Positions 26,815 to 36,999 of a stretch of DNA of 64,000 nucleotides are shown here, one piece after another (the stretch's first letter is position 1; each line of letters starts with the position of its first letter). Source of the DNA: Phycisphaerae bacterium. GTDB taxonomy: Bacteria; Planctomycetota; Phycisphaerae; UBA1845; Fen-1342. A program made the position numbers and the translations under genes. The DNA is taken from NCBI GenBank assembly GCA_050115495.1, contig JASFQK010000016.1, positions 1-64,000 on the forward strand, written 5' to 3'. The notes below the pieces were generated by a model, which had not been told where the DNA came from, ran no database searches, and was given only the letters and a program-made list of their open reading frames with translations.

Positions 26815-28038
26815 TCACTTCGCCGAGAGCCAGTTGCGATCGAGCCAGGCGAGCACTTCCTGTTCGTGTCCTTCCGGACGGACGTTCCGGAAGATCTCGG
26901 CGATGCGTCCCGCTTCATCGATGATGAACGTCGTCCGCAGCAGGCCCTCGCTCTTCCCGCCGGGGCGGGACTTCATGCCCCAGGCACCGTAGCGCGCGGC
27001 CACGGCGTGGTTCTCGTCGGCCAGCAGGGGGAAGGTAAGGCTGTATTTGTGGGCGAAGCGCTCGTGCGACGCCGGCGAGTCGGGCGAAATGCCGAGCACG
27101 GCCGCGTGGCGATCATCGAAGCCGCTCAGCGCATCGCGGAAGCCGCAGGCCTCGCGCGTGCAGCCGGGCGTGTTGTCACGGGGGTAGAAGTACAGGACGA
27201 CCTTGCGCCCGCGGTAGTCGCGCAGGGCACGCTGCCGGCCCTGCTCGTCCGGCAGCTCAAAATCGGGGGCCGGCTGGCCGACCGCCACACCGCCTTGCGC
27301 CGCAGGCGGCGGCTGGGCCAGTGGCCCCCGCGAACAGTCTTCCTCGTCGTCCTCCTCGCCTTCCTCTTCCTCGTCGTCGCCGAAGGCCTCGTCATCCAGA
27401 TCGGCGTCGACGTCGTCAGGTTCGGTGCGGACGCTCTCGGTGTCGTAGAAGGGACGATCGCGCTCGTGGTCCTCGTAGTACGGCCCTTCGACATCCGGCC
27501 GGGCCGTGCCGGGCATGTCGTCCGGCTCGAAGAAGCGCGGCCCGCGATCCTCCATGTCCATCGGCTCGGGCCGAACCGGCGGCGGCGGCGTGGGTTCCAC
27601 GTCGATCACCGGGGCGGGCGTCGTGACGGGTTCTTCGATCTGCGGGGCAACCGGCGGCGGACGCTTGGCAGGTCGCCGAGTGACGGCCGGACGCTTGGCC
27701 GGGGCCTTGGCGGCGCGCTTCGGTGCGGCCTTGGCCGCGGGCTTCTTCGCGACGGCCTTGCGCTTGGTGACCTTCCTGGTCACTTTCTTCGCGGCCTTTT
27801 TGGTGGCCTTCTTCGCAGTCTTCCTGGCAGCCTTCTTCACGGCCTTCTTGGCGGTTTTCTTCGTGGTCTTCTTGACCGCCTTCTTGACGCGCTTGGCAGC
27901 CGTTTTCTTAACGGCCTTCTTCACGCTGCGCTTGACGGTCTTCTTGGCGACCTTCTTCTTCGCCGCCTTCGCGACCTTCTTCTTGGCGGTCTTTCGGCCG
28001 GCCGCCTTCCTGCCACCTTTCACCGTCTTCTTCGCCAT
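26815..28038 (-). CDS. bcp: histone H1-like Lys/Ala-rich domain, Pro/acidic linker and Bcp (PrxQ) peroxiredoxin in one ORF
   Basis: about 120 aa of KKAVK/KKTAK repeats; poly-D/E tract; C-terminal APDFEL, YFYPRDNTPGCTREAC, RTTFIID. Confidence 0.85.
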   Translation of the reverse strand: MAKKTVKGGRKAAGRKTAKKKVAKAAKKKVAKKTVKRSVKKAVKKTAAKRVKKAVKKTTKKTAKKAVKKAARKTAKKATKKAAKKVTRKVTKRKAVAKKPAAKAAPKRAAKAPAKRPAVTRRPAKRPPPVAPQIEEPVTTPAPVIDVEPTPPPPVRPEPMDMEDRGPRFFEPDDMPGTARPDVEGPYYEDHERDRPFYDTESVRTEPDDVDADLDDEAFGDDEEEEGEEDDEEDCSRGPLAQPPPAAQGGVAVGQPAPDFELPDEQGRQRALRDYRGRKVVLYFYPRDNTPGCTREACGFRDALSGFDDRHAAVLGISPDSPASHERFAHKYSLTFPLLADENHAVAARYGAWGMKSRPGGKSEGLLRTTFIIDEAGRIAEIFRNVRPEGHEQEVLAWLDRNWLSAK

Positions 28039-28215
28039 GGCGCACCCTCGTTAGGACTCGATCAAACGAATCACCGCCGATCTCGCAAGTGGCGAGTAGG
28101 TTCGCTGATTGTGTCCGGCGAGCGTCTGGACCCGCACGGGGCCAGCAGTCGCCGCCGCCTTCGTCAACTCTGTCTGACCCCGCTCGTGCACCACCGGCCG
28201 CGGTGCCCGCAGCGC

Positions 28216-28785
28216 TCAGGGTTCAGACCGGGTCTCATGAATTGCCACGCGCCGGACGGGATTCACCCGCACTTCAACACCCGCGAGCCCGCCGATCCCC
28301 GTCACCGATGTCGCGCCGGCATACGCGCGGTAGCGCACGTCCAGGTCGTGGTGCACGCCCTGGATGTCACCGCGTGAAAGGCCGATGCGAACCACCGGAT
28401 CGTAGTGATCGAAGCCCAGCTCCGGGCCGCCCATCCCGCTAACGCCGGCCGACACGCCGCCCAAGTCCGCCGCGATGCGTTGCACCGCCGGCTGCGGCCG
28501 GTAGAACTCCAACCAGTCAATCGTCTGGGGCTGTTCGCCCATCGCCGCCCGCTCCTCCGCCGTCAGCTCGGGCTCCTCGAACTTGGGCACGAGCGTAACC
28601 AGCAGGGGCTGCTCCTGCCCTTCGACCTTGACGGATACGGGCAGGACGCGTCCGCGCTCGGGGATGTTCGGCAACTCGTCTTCGGTTGGCTTAATGGCAG
28701 TGACGTCCTGCCGGGCGCAACCGGCAAGAAGCACCATCCCCATCCCCAGCAGGATCAACGACATCAGCGGTACAGCTTTTCGCAT
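28216..28785 (-). CDS. hypothetical lipoprotein
   Basis: lipobox LLAGC; in operon downstream of trpG. Confidence 0.7.
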   Translation of the reverse strand: MRKAVPLMSLILLGMGMVLLAGCARQDVTAIKPTEDELPNIPERGRVLPVSVKVEGQEQPLLVTLVPKFEEPELTAEERAAMGEQPQTIDWLEFYRPQPAVQRIAADLGGVSAGVSGMGGPELGFDHYDPVVRIGLSRGDIQGVHHDLDVRYRAYAGATSVTGIGGLAGVEVRVNPVRRVAIHETRSEP

Positions 28786-28794
28786 GCGCGTCAA

Positions 28795-29373
28795 TTAACC
28801 GATCCCAAGAAAATTGGCAAGCAGTTTGTAACCCTCGACGGTGAGGAAGCTCTCCGGGTGAAACTGCACGCCATCGAGCCGCAGCTCGCGGTGGCGGACG
28901 GCCATGATTTCGGTCGGGTCGTCCTCCGCTGTCGCCGACACCTCGAACGTTTCCGGGAGCGTTCCCGGTTCGATCACCAGGGAGTGGTACCGGGTGGCTT
29001 CGAAGGGGTTGCTCATGTCGGCGAAGATGCCTCGGCCGTCGTGCCGGATCAGGCTCGTCTTGCCGTGCATCAGCCGCTTGGCCCGCACCACCGACGCCCC
29101 GAACACATACCCCATGCACTGGTGGCCCAGGCAGACGCCCAGCAGGGGGATCCGGCCGGCGAAGTGGCGGATCACGTCGTTGCTGATGCCGCCTTCCCGG
29201 GGCGTGCAGGGGCCGGGGGAGACGATGATGTGGTCGGGGGCGTCCGCCTCGATCTGCTCCAGCGTCACCTGATCGTTGCGGTACACCCGTACCGGCAGGC
29301 CGGCATCCAGCTCCCCGATCCGCTGGACGAGGTTGTACGTGAACGAGTCGTAGTTATCGATCAGGACGACCAC
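28795..29373 (-). CDS. trpG: anthranilate/aminodeoxychorismate synthase component II (glutamine amidotransferase)
   Basis: [33 protein letters not shown]; cannot separate trpG from pabA. Confidence 0.92.
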   Translation of the reverse strand: MVVLIDNYDSFTYNLVQRIGELDAGLPVRVYRNDQVTLEQIEADAPDHIIVSPGPCTPREGGISNDVIRHFAGRIPLLGVCLGHQCMGYVFGASVVRAKRLMHGKTSLIRHDGRGIFADMSNPFEATRYHSLVIEPGTLPETFEVSATAEDDPTEIMAVRHRELRLDGVQFHPESFLTVEGYKLLANFLGIG

Positions 29374-29380
29374 GGCAGCC

Positions 29381-30418
29381 CTACCAGCCCGGTGCCCAGA
29401 GATACATGAAGCCCGGCGAAACCTGCCCCAGCCAGCCGGGTAACTCCACGTTGATCAGGTTGACCTGCGCGGGGGGCGTGTCGGTGCGGGCGTAGACGTT
29501 CGGACGATGGGCCAGCGGCCGGGCGTATTCGACCACGACGATCCGCCGATCGCCCAGGCCGGCGGCGACACGAACCGCGCGGATGGCGTCGTCGAGCGTG
29601 CCGGTCTCATCGACCAGGCCCAGCGCCTGGGCCTCCTGACCCAGGTAGACCCGGCCGTCCGCCAGCTTGCGTACCTGCGTTTCGTCGAGCTCCGGCCGGG
29701 CGGCGGCGACCACCGACACGAACCGGTTGTACATCTGGGCGACGATGCGCTCGAAGACCTCGCGGTCCGCCGGCTCCATCTCGCGGAAGAGCGAGCCCGC
29801 ATCCTTGAGCGCCCCGCTCTTGATCACGTTGGCCCGGATGCCCAGTTTGTCCATCGTCCCGCTGAATTCCGGGGCGAACATGATCACGCCGATGCTGCCC
29901 GTCACGCTGGTCGGGTGGGCGTAGATCCGGTCGGCGGCGCAGGCGATGTAGTAGCCCCCGGACGCGGCGACATCGAGCAGGCAGGCCACGACCGGCTTGC
30001 CCGTTCGCTCGCGGAACTGCTTCAGTTCGGTGTACATCATGTCGCTGGCGGTCACGCCGCCGCCCGGCGAGTTGATCCGCACCACGACGCCGCGAACGCG
30101 GCTGTCGGCGGCGGCCCGGTCCAGCTTCTCCTTGAACAGTGAGACCGGGTTTTCGCCGGGAATGCCCATCAGCGAGTTCGGCCGCGCGTTTTGCAGCAGG
30201 CCGTCCACCTCGACGAGGGCGATTCGGTCGCGCGCCCACGGCCCCTCGCGCACGAGCACGTTCTCGCAGAGGTTCTGTGACGCCGGCATCGGCGTGATCA
30301 GGAATGACGTCGGGCCGCAGCCGGCGAGCAGGGCGCACAGGAACGCGCCACAGGCCGCCAGTAGACCGCACGGTGTGTGTCGCCCCGCCGCCCGAATTGG
30401 CCAAGACCACCGCATCAT
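29381..30418 (-). CDS. sppA: signal peptide peptidase SppA (S49), lipoprotein
   Basis: [30 protein letters not shown]; lipobox LLAGC. Confidence 0.92.
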   Translation of the reverse strand: MMRWSWPIRAAGRHTPCGLLAACGAFLCALLAGCGPTSFLITPMPASQNLCENVLVREGPWARDRIALVEVDGLLQNARPNSLMGIPGENPVSLFKEKLDRAAADSRVRGVVVRINSPGGGVTASDMMYTELKQFRERTGKPVVACLLDVAASGGYYIACAADRIYAHPTSVTGSIGVIMFAPEFSGTMDKLGIRANVIKSGALKDAGSLFREMEPADREVFERIVAQMYNRFVSVVAAARPELDETQVRKLADGRVYLGQEAQALGLVDETGTLDDAIRAVRVAAGLGDRRIVVVEYARPLAHRPNVYARTDTPPAQVNLINVELPGWLGQVSPGFMYLWAPGW

Positions 30419-30492
30419 CTATACTCCACTGGCGACGCCGGCGGAGGCGCCGGCTCTCGCCCGGCCGAGACGGTTCATCAACGCAGAGCAGG

Positions 30493-30864
30493 ATGATACG
30501 CGTTTCCCCCGCCCAGTTCGACCGCGCCGTCGAGGAAGCCCTGGCCGAGGTTCCCGACGAGTTCAAACCGTATTTGGACAACGTCGTGGTCGAGGTGTGG
30601 GAGCGGCCGGATCCGCGCCGGCTGGGACAGGAGGACGCTCCGCCGGACCTGCTTGGGTTGTTTGTCGGGCTGCCACTCGAAGAGCAGGGGCCGGAGCTGG
30701 GGCACGCCTTGCCGAACCGGGTGCTGATCTTCCGGGAGCCGCTGTGCGAGATGTGCGAGTCCCGGGAGGAACTGGTCGAGGAGATCCGCATCACGGTGCT
30801 GCACGAGATCGGGCACCACTTCGGCCTGGACGAGGACATGCTCGACGAGTTGGGCTACGCCTGA
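30493..30864 (+). CDS. minimal zincin-like metallopeptidase (Zincin_1)
   Basis: LLGLFVG, TVLHEIGHHFG. Confidence 0.9.
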   Translation: MIRVSPAQFDRAVEEALAEVPDEFKPYLDNVVVEVWERPDPRRLGQEDAPPDLLGLFVGLPLEEQGPELGHALPNRVLIFREPLCEMCESREELVEEIRITVLHEIGHHFGLDEDMLDELGYA

Positions 30865-30991
30865 TCCACAGGCTGGTCGGCCGGTATAATTCCCGCGTGA
30901 ACGTTGTGACTCGCCGTTGGTGGCCCGGTACGCGGTGGGGCCGTCGGCGGATGGATCAGGACTGGCTGCGATTCAGGGAGGTACGCGACCT

Positions 30992-32221
30992 ATGAAACGT
31001 TACGGCATGCTGTTGGCGGGTTTGTTGCTGGTGGGGCAGGTGTTTGCACAGACCGATAACTCGCGGCAGCCGAGTCCTCCGGCCGCTGCCGCCGAGCAGG
31101 AGCGGGCGGACGTGGTCGCTCAGGCCGCCGACGCGCATGCTCGGCAGACGGCGCGGAAGCTCGCCGCCGGCGGGGCCCGGTTCCTGCTCAGTGGGCAGGA
31201 GGAAAGTGGCGGCTGGGCAGGGGAGAGCGGGCCGGGCGTCACCTGCCTCGTTCTGAAGGCTCTGATCCAGGAGCCGACGGTCGGGCCGCGTCATCCGGCC
31301 GTGGCCCGCGGCGTGGCGTTCGTTCGCCAGTCGCTCCAGCCGGACGGTGGTCTGTACGCCACCGAGGGGTTCTACAAGAACTACGAGACGTGCGTGGCGC
31401 TGTCGATGTTCGCGGCACTGCACGATCCGGAGCAGGCGGAGGTCGTCGCCGGCTTGCAGGGCTTCCTCAAGAAGAACCAGTGGGACGAGGATGAGGGGAA
31501 ATCGCAGGACGACGCGTGGTACGGCGGGGCGGGCTACGGCAGGCACAAGCGACCGGACCTGTCCAACACGCAGTTCATGGTCGAGGCCCTGCACGACAGC
31601 GGCCTGCCCGAGGACGATCCGGTATACCAGAAGGCGCTCGTCTTCATCAGCCGGTGCCAGATGCTCGGCGAGAGCAACGACCAGCCGCTCGCCAAGGGCT
31701 CGACGCAGGGCGGGTTCATCTACACGGCGGCCAATGGCGGCGAGAGCAAGGCGGGGACCGTTGAGGAGGGCTCGTCGGAGCTGCGCTGCTACGGGTCGAT
31801 GACGTACGCCGGCTTCAAGAGCATGGTCTACGCCGGCCTGAAGCGTGACGATCCGCGGGTGCAGGCGGCGCTGGAGTGGATCCGGCAGCACTGGACGCTG
31901 GAGCACAATCCGAACATGCCGCTGAAGCAGTCGGAGGAAGGGCTCTACTACTACTACCACGTGTTCGGCCGGGCGCTCGATGCGTTCGGTGAGGACAACA
32001 TCAAAGACGCTCGCGGCGAGCCGCGCTACTGGCGTCACGAGCTGGTTGACAAGCTGGCCTCGTTGCAGAAGTCGGACGGACGCTGGGTGAACGAGCGGGA
32101 CCGGTGGATGGAAGGATTGCCGGCGCTGACGACGGCGTATGCGATGTTGGCGCTGGAGGCGGCGTATCCGGAGGAGGCGGCGGCGAGTCAGCCGGTCGCG
32201 GCGCCGGCGCGGGATCAGTAG
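30992..32221 (+). CDS. exported prenyltransferase/squalene-cyclase repeat protein
   Basis: QW-like repeats (QEESGGW, QPDGG, QKSDGRW), DLSNT; signal peptide; GGAGG SD. Confidence 0.8.
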   Translation: MKRYGMLLAGLLLVGQVFAQTDNSRQPSPPAAAAEQERADVVAQAADAHARQTARKLAAGGARFLLSGQEESGGWAGESGPGVTCLVLKALIQEPTVGPRHPAVARGVAFVRQSLQPDGGLYATEGFYKNYETCVALSMFAALHDPEQAEVVAGLQGFLKKNQWDEDEGKSQDDAWYGGAGYGRHKRPDLSNTQFMVEALHDSGLPEDDPVYQKALVFISRCQMLGESNDQPLAKGSTQGGFIYTAANGGESKAGTVEEGSSELRCYGSMTYAGFKSMVYAGLKRDDPRVQAALEWIRQHWTLEHNPNMPLKQSEEGLYYYYHVFGRALDAFGEDNIKDARGEPRYWRHELVDKLASLQKSDGRWVNERDRWMEGLPALTTAYAMLALEAAYPEEAAASQPVAAPARDQ

Positions 32222-32232
32222 GGCAGCGGGAC

Positions 32233-32285
32233 AAGGCACAGGAGCAGAGGAACAAAGGAGCAAAGGGGCAAAGGGGCAAAGGGGA
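32233..32285. repeat. imperfect octamer tandem repeat (GGCAAAGG)n
   Basis: aggcacaggagcagaggaacaaaggagcaaaggggcaaaggggcaaagggg. Confidence 0.8.
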
Positions 32286-32313
32286 AGATTGCGCTGGGTG
32301 CGTCGTTCGGTGA

Positions 32314-32399
32314 TCGACGTCGGCCACGGGGGGCCGACGCTACGGGCGAGTACGCGGCCGGTTTGGCAATTGACGGCCGACGCGGAGGTCGGCCGCTAC
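32314..32399. repeat. two GTAG-class REP palindromes (family C)
   Basis: 32314-32343 is the reverse complement of 63624-63653; 32372-32399 resembles the reverse complement of 47759-47786; each is a palindrome followed by CTAC. Confidence 0.8.
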
Positions 32400-32578
32400 G
32401 TCGATGCGCGGTGCGTTGCGGGCGGTGGGGGGCCGTGCTAGCATCCGCCGTCAGGATCTGTCGCCGACGCTGCGTGGTCTGACCGTGGCGGCGCGTGATT
32501 TCGCGTGTTCGGTTTTCACAGTGATGGCCGGCGCGTGGAGGCGCTTGCGGCAGCGGCCACGGGCTATCGCCCAGGGCG

Positions 32579-32593
32579 CGGCACGGGGTTTGC
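32579..32593 (+). promoter_or_regulatory. putative sigma54 promoter upstream of putA
   Basis: CGGCACG-GGGT-TTGC with correct GG/GC spacing, about 60 nt before the ATG. Confidence 0.45.
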
Positions 32594-32653
32594 CAGTCTT
32601 CGTTGTGGGACCCCGGCGATACGATCCCGGTCCACGGCCCGCAAAGGTGTTTC

Positions 32654-35600
32654 ATGCCCGCCAGACTCACCGCTGAGCAGATCGAGCAGCGTACCCAGCG
32701 CCTCGGCCGCGAGATGTTCGAACGCATCCGCGGGGCGCAGCCCTCCGTTGTCCGCCGGGAATGGTGGCAGGAGCGGTTGCTCGAACAGTGCATGGCCGAC
32801 GAGTGGTTTAAGGTCCAGGCCTTCCGGTTTGTCGACGCCTTGCCGATGCTCGGCGACGACGTCGAGCTCGCCCGTCACCTGAAGGAATACTTCGTCCTTC
32901 CCGAGCATCGCGCCGGCGACAACGGCCACCACGACCCCCACGCCAGCAACCAGGCCGCCCTCCGCGAACTGGACGGGGCTGGTCCCCGGTGGTTTGTGCG
33001 CTGGGTGAGCTACTGGATGAACTTCAAGCGGTTGGACTCGCTCTGGGCCCGCATCGCCGCCCAGTCCGCCCGACGCAGCGCCCTGCTCATGGCCGGCAGC
33101 TTCATCGCCGGGTCGACCGTCGAGCAGGCCGAGCGGGTGATCCGCCGAATGCGCAAGCAGCAGATGGCCTTCACCATCGACGTGCTGGGCGAGGCAGCGA
33201 TGTCGCGGCAGGAGGCTGAGGCGTACCAGGAGACGTACCTCGACCTGATCCGCAACTTGCCGAAGCACGCGGCCCAGTGGTCGCGCGTGCCGCTGGTTGA
33301 CGAAGCCGACGGCGAGCAGATCCCGCGGGTGAACGTCTCGGTCAAGCTGACCTCGCTGCACCCGGGGTTTGATCCGATCGCTCCCGGGCCGGCCAAAGCC
33401 CGGGCCAAGGAAGTGCTTCGCCCGCTGTTCCGCCTGGGGATGGAAGGCGGCGTTCACGTCCACGTGGACATGGAGCACTACGCGATCAAGGACCTGACGC
33501 TGGAGGTGTTCGAGGAGCTGCTGCTCGAGGACGAGTTCCGCGACTACCCGGACCTGGGCATCGTCCTTCAGGCGTACCTCCGCGACGGCGACCGCGATGC
33601 GGCCCGCATGATCGAACTGGCCAAACGCCGCGGCACACCATTCTGGGTCCGGCTGGTCAAGGGTGCGTACTGGGACTCAGAGACCGTCTGGGCCGACCAG
33701 GCCGGCTGGCCGTGGCCCGTGTGGGAACAGAAGTGGATGTCCGACGCGTGCTACGAGCGCATGACGCACGCGCTGCTGGCCAACCACGAACACCTCTGCA
33801 CGGCCTTCGCCAGCCACAACATCCGCAGCCTGGCGCATGCGATGGCCCTGCGCGAGATGTGGGAGATCCCCGGCACGGCGTTCGAGTTGCAGATGCTGTA
33901 CGGCATGGGCGACCCGATCAAGCGGGCCGCCATCGAGCTGGGCCAGCGCTGCCGCATCTATACGCCATACGGGCCGCTCCTGGCCGGTATGGCCTACTTC
34001 ATTCGTCGTCTGCTGGAGAACACCGCCAACGAGTCTTTCCTCCGTCAGGCTGCCGACGTCCCGGAGGACGACCTGCTGCGTAACCCGGACACCATCGGCG
34101 CTGCCACGCCGCCGTTCGAGCGGCCGCTCGTTGTCCGTTATGAATTCGAGGAACCCCTGATGGATGCGTTCACCAACGTGCCCAATAGCGACTTTTCCCA
34201 GGAGCAGAGCCGCCAGCAGATGCTGGCCGGCCTGGCCCAGGTTCGTGCCGATCTCGGCCGCCGAATTCCGCTGCTGATCAACGGCCAGCGGGTCGAGACC
34301 GAGACGTGGGCTGATTCGTTGAACCCCTCCCGGCCGGCGGAGGTCGTGGCCCGCGTCGCGCAGGCCGACGGTCCCGTCGTCGAGCAAGCTGTGCAGAGCG
34401 CCGTCGAGGCCGGCAAGGCCTGGCGCCGTGTTCCGCCGCACGAACGGGCGGATTACCTGTTCAAGGTCGTCGAGCTCATGCAGGGCAAGCGGGCCGAGTT
34501 GGCGGCGCTGGCGGCGATCGAGTGCGGCAAGCCCTGGCGCGAGGCTGACGGCGACGTGTCCGAGGCGATCGACTACTGCAACTACTACGCCCGGGAGATT
34601 ACCCGCGTCGCCGAGAATATCCGCGAACGCGATGTGCCGGGCGAGACGAACCTTTACTTCTACTCGCCGCGCGGCGTGGTGGGCGTCATTTCCCCGTGGA
34701 ACTTCCCGCTGGCCATCCCGGCGGGCATGATCGCCGCGGCGGTCGTGACCGGAAACGCCGTCGTGTTCAAGCCGGCCAGTCCGGCGGCGGCGGTCGGGGC
34801 GGCGCTGGCTGACCTGTTCGCCGAGGCCGGCGTGCCGGCCGGCGTGGTTAACTATGTGCCCGGCCCCGGCCCGATCGTCGGCGAGGCGCTGGTCCGCCAT
34901 CCGGACGTGGCCACGATCGCCTTCACCGGCTCACGCGAGGTGGGCCTGCATCTGAACGCCCTGGCGGCGCAGACGGCGACGGCGCGGCCCGGACTGAAGC
35001 GAGTCATCGCCCAGATGGGTGCCAAGAACGCCATCATCGTCGATTCCGACGCCGACCTCGACGCCGCCCTGGGCGCCGTCGTGCAGGGTGCGTTCGGCTA
35101 CGCCGGGCAGAAGTGCACGGCCTGCGCGCGGGTCATCGTGATCGAGCCGGCGCACGACCGCTTCGTCGAGCGCCTCGTCGAGAAGGTGCGTACGTCGAGC
35201 GTCGGGCCGGCGGAGGAGCCGACGACCTCGATCCCGCCGCTGATCGACCAGGCGGCCTTGGACCGCGTGCGCGAGTACGTCGCACTCGGCAAGAAGGAGG
35301 CCCGTTGCGTCCTCGAGGTCGACGCCAAGCCGCAGGTGGACGAGTTCGGCGGGTACTACCTCGGCCCGGTCATCTTCGACGATGTGCCGCCGGCGGCCCG
35401 CATTGCCCGCGAGGAGATCTTCGGGCCGGTGCTGTCCATCGTTCGCGCTCGGGACATCGACGAGGCGATCGCCGTGTTCAACGACACGGATTACGCCCTC
35501 GCGGGCGGGATCTACTCGCGCAGCCCAGCGAACATCGACAAGGCTCGGCGGGAGTGCGAGTGTGGGAACTTCTACATCAATCGTCCGATAACGGGCTCGC

Positions 35601-35767
35601 ACGTCGATCTTCAACCGTTCGGCGGGCTGAAGATGTCGGGGACCGGGGCCACGGCCGGCGGGCCGGACTACCTGATCCAGTTCTGCGAGCCGCGGACGAT
35701 TACCGAGAACACGATCCGCCGCGGCTTCGCCCCGAGTGAGGAAGTTCTGGAGACGCTGGGGCAGTAG
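32654..35767 (+). CDS. putA: bifunctional proline dehydrogenase / P5C dehydrogenase
   Basis: PRODH motifs SVKLTSL, RLVKGAYWD, YFIRRLLEN; ALDH motifs ISPWNFP, GQKCTAC, EEIFGP, PFGG. Confidence 0.95.
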   Translation: MPARLTAEQIEQRTQRLGREMFERIRGAQPSVVRREWWQERLLEQCMADEWFKVQAFRFVDALPMLGDDVELARHLKEYFVLPEHRAGDNGHHDPHASNQAALRELDGAGPRWFVRWVSYWMNFKRLDSLWARIAAQSARRSALLMAGSFIAGSTVEQAERVIRRMRKQQMAFTIDVLGEAAMSRQEAEAYQETYLDLIRNLPKHAAQWSRVPLVDEADGEQIPRVNVSVKLTSLHPGFDPIAPGPAKARAKEVLRPLFRLGMEGGVHVHVDMEHYAIKDLTLEVFEELLLEDEFRDYPDLGIVLQAYLRDGDRDAARMIELAKRRGTPFWVRLVKGAYWDSETVWADQAGWPWPVWEQKWMSDACYERMTHALLANHEHLCTAFASHNIRSLAHAMALREMWEIPGTAFELQMLYGMGDPIKRAAIELGQRCRIYTPYGPLLAGMAYFIRRLLENTANESFLRQAADVPEDDLLRNPDTIGAATPPFERPLVVRYEFEEPLMDAFTNVPNSDFSQEQSRQQMLAGLAQVRADLGRRIPLLINGQRVETETWADSLNPSRPAEVVARVAQADGPVVEQAVQSAVEAGKAWRRVPPHERADYLFKVVELMQGKRAELAALAAIECGKPWREADGDVSEAIDYCNYYAREITRVAENIRERDVPGETNLYFYSPRGVVGVISPWNFPLAIPAGMIAAAVVTGNAVVFKPASPAAAVGAALADLFAEAGVPAGVVNYVPGPGPIVGEALVRHPDVATIAFTGSREVGLHLNALAAQTATARPGLKRVIAQMGAKNAIIVDSDADLDAALGAVVQGAFGYAGQKCTACARVIVIEPAHDRFVERLVEKVRTSSVGPAEEPTTSIPPLIDQAALDRVREYVALGKKEARCVLEVDAKPQVDEFGGYYLGPVIFDDVPPAARIAREEIFGPVLSIVRARDIDEAIAVFNDTDYALAGGIYSRSPANIDKARRECECGNFYINRPITGSHVDLQPFGGLKMSGTGATAGGPDYLIQFCEPRTITENTIRRGFAPSEEVLETLGQ

Positions 35768-35809
35768 CCAACGACGGACCGACGTCCGCACAGAGGGCGG
35801 CGACCCAGG

Positions 35810-35853
35810 GCCTCCGGGGGGGCGCCAGTCAGTAGCCAGGGACGTAAGCCCCT
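35810..35853. repeat. REP-like family D, copy 2
   Basis: gcctccggggggcgccagtcagtagccagggacgtaagcccct resembles the reverse complement of 192-237. Confidence 0.7.
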
Positions 35854-35965
35854 GAAATTGAGGTCCGCACGCGAATGAGCCCCGAAAGGGCGCTGGGGTT
35901 TGGCCATTCTAATAGCAGCGTGGGTCGCGCTTCCGCGTATAGAAACGGCCGGATGCCCCGTGCCG

Positions 35966-36571
35966 TCACAATTCGGCCCGTTTCCTCCGACGGATCGCTC
36001 GGTGCGTCAGGAAGGCGAGAACGAACACGTACAGAAAGGAGACGATACTGCCATAGATGGCCACCGCGCACCACGTTTTCTCTCCAAGATCTCGCAGAAG
36101 CGTGCGCTGCGCACGAAGGAGGGCGTGGCTATCAGCGACATCAGCGAGCACCCACGTTACCGGCATTTGGAGAACAAACAGCGCGAACGGAAGCGGAACA
36201 AAGATGAGACCCTTCGCAACCCGGTGCCCCTGGATTCCACGATACACGAGATACGCAAGGATGAGCAGGACGATTCCCGTGACCACACCGTACGGAAGAA
36301 CGAACTCCTCGTCGATCATGCAGACGAAGGGGGGCCCGACAAACGACCAAATAGCGCAGCCCACGAGAAGGCCGAAGACAGTCTCGGCGTGACCTCGCCA
36401 ACCGAGCATCACGGCAGCGATCAGAAGTACCGCACTCGGGAAGGAACTCAAGCTTATTTGGTCGGGTACGACGTCGGGCATGGAAAGCACCCAGATAGCC
36501 ACATAAACCATCGCAATCAAGCCAATGGCCAATCGGAGGCCCGGCGAGATAGTCGACTTGTCTCCAGTCAT
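35966..36571 (-). CDS. orphan multi-pass membrane protein (atypical codon usage)
   Basis: about 6 hydrophobic segments; visibly lower GC; start at MTGDKS. Confidence 0.7.
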   Translation of the reverse strand: MTGDKSTISPGLRLAIGLIAMVYVAIWVLSMPDVVPDQISLSSFPSAVLLIAAVMLGWRGHAETVFGLLVGCAIWSFVGPPFVCMIDEEFVLPYGVVTGIVLLILAYLVYRGIQGHRVAKGLIFVPLPFALFVLQMPVTWVLADVADSHALLRAQRTLLRDLGEKTWCAVAIYGSIVSFLYVFVLAFLTHRAIRRRKRAEL

Positions 36572-36772
36572 GACTTGCTCCGGCAGCGTCTCGTCAACCT
36601 GTACCAGACCGCAGCGTCGAATTCCCAAGGCATCCGAAACGAAGAGCACACATTGTCCGTTGGCCGGACCACAGCGTCAACGTTTCGGGAATACGACCGT
36701 TGCCAATGAGGAGTACGATACGTGATTCTCCATCAACTCTCTGGCCCCGCCGCCCGCATGTGTTGAGCAACG

Positions 36773-36814
36773 AGGACTCACGCCTCCGGGTACTGACCTG
36801 TGCCCCTCCGGGGC
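36773..36814. repeat. REP-like family D, copy 3 (degenerate)
   Basis: aggactcacgcctccgggtactgacctgtgcccctccggggc aligns to 193-236. Confidence 0.55.
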
Positions 36815-36999
36815 ACGGAGACTCGCTCGGTGTCTGCGCAGCGCCATCCACACGCCCGCGGTGCGCTTGGGCATGCCCACCACGCCGGATGGCACTGCCG
36901 ACTTGCCCGCCGGTGCCGGCACCGCCGCGCAACCACCGGCAGAGGCGTACCGTCGTAGTACCAGCGCCACCGCGATCGCCGATATACTCTCCTGGAACC

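Noticed and set aside
26642..26891. Template/variable repeat pair of a diversity-generating retroelement
   Set aside because: Mismatches are not restricted to adenines and no reverse transcriptase is present.
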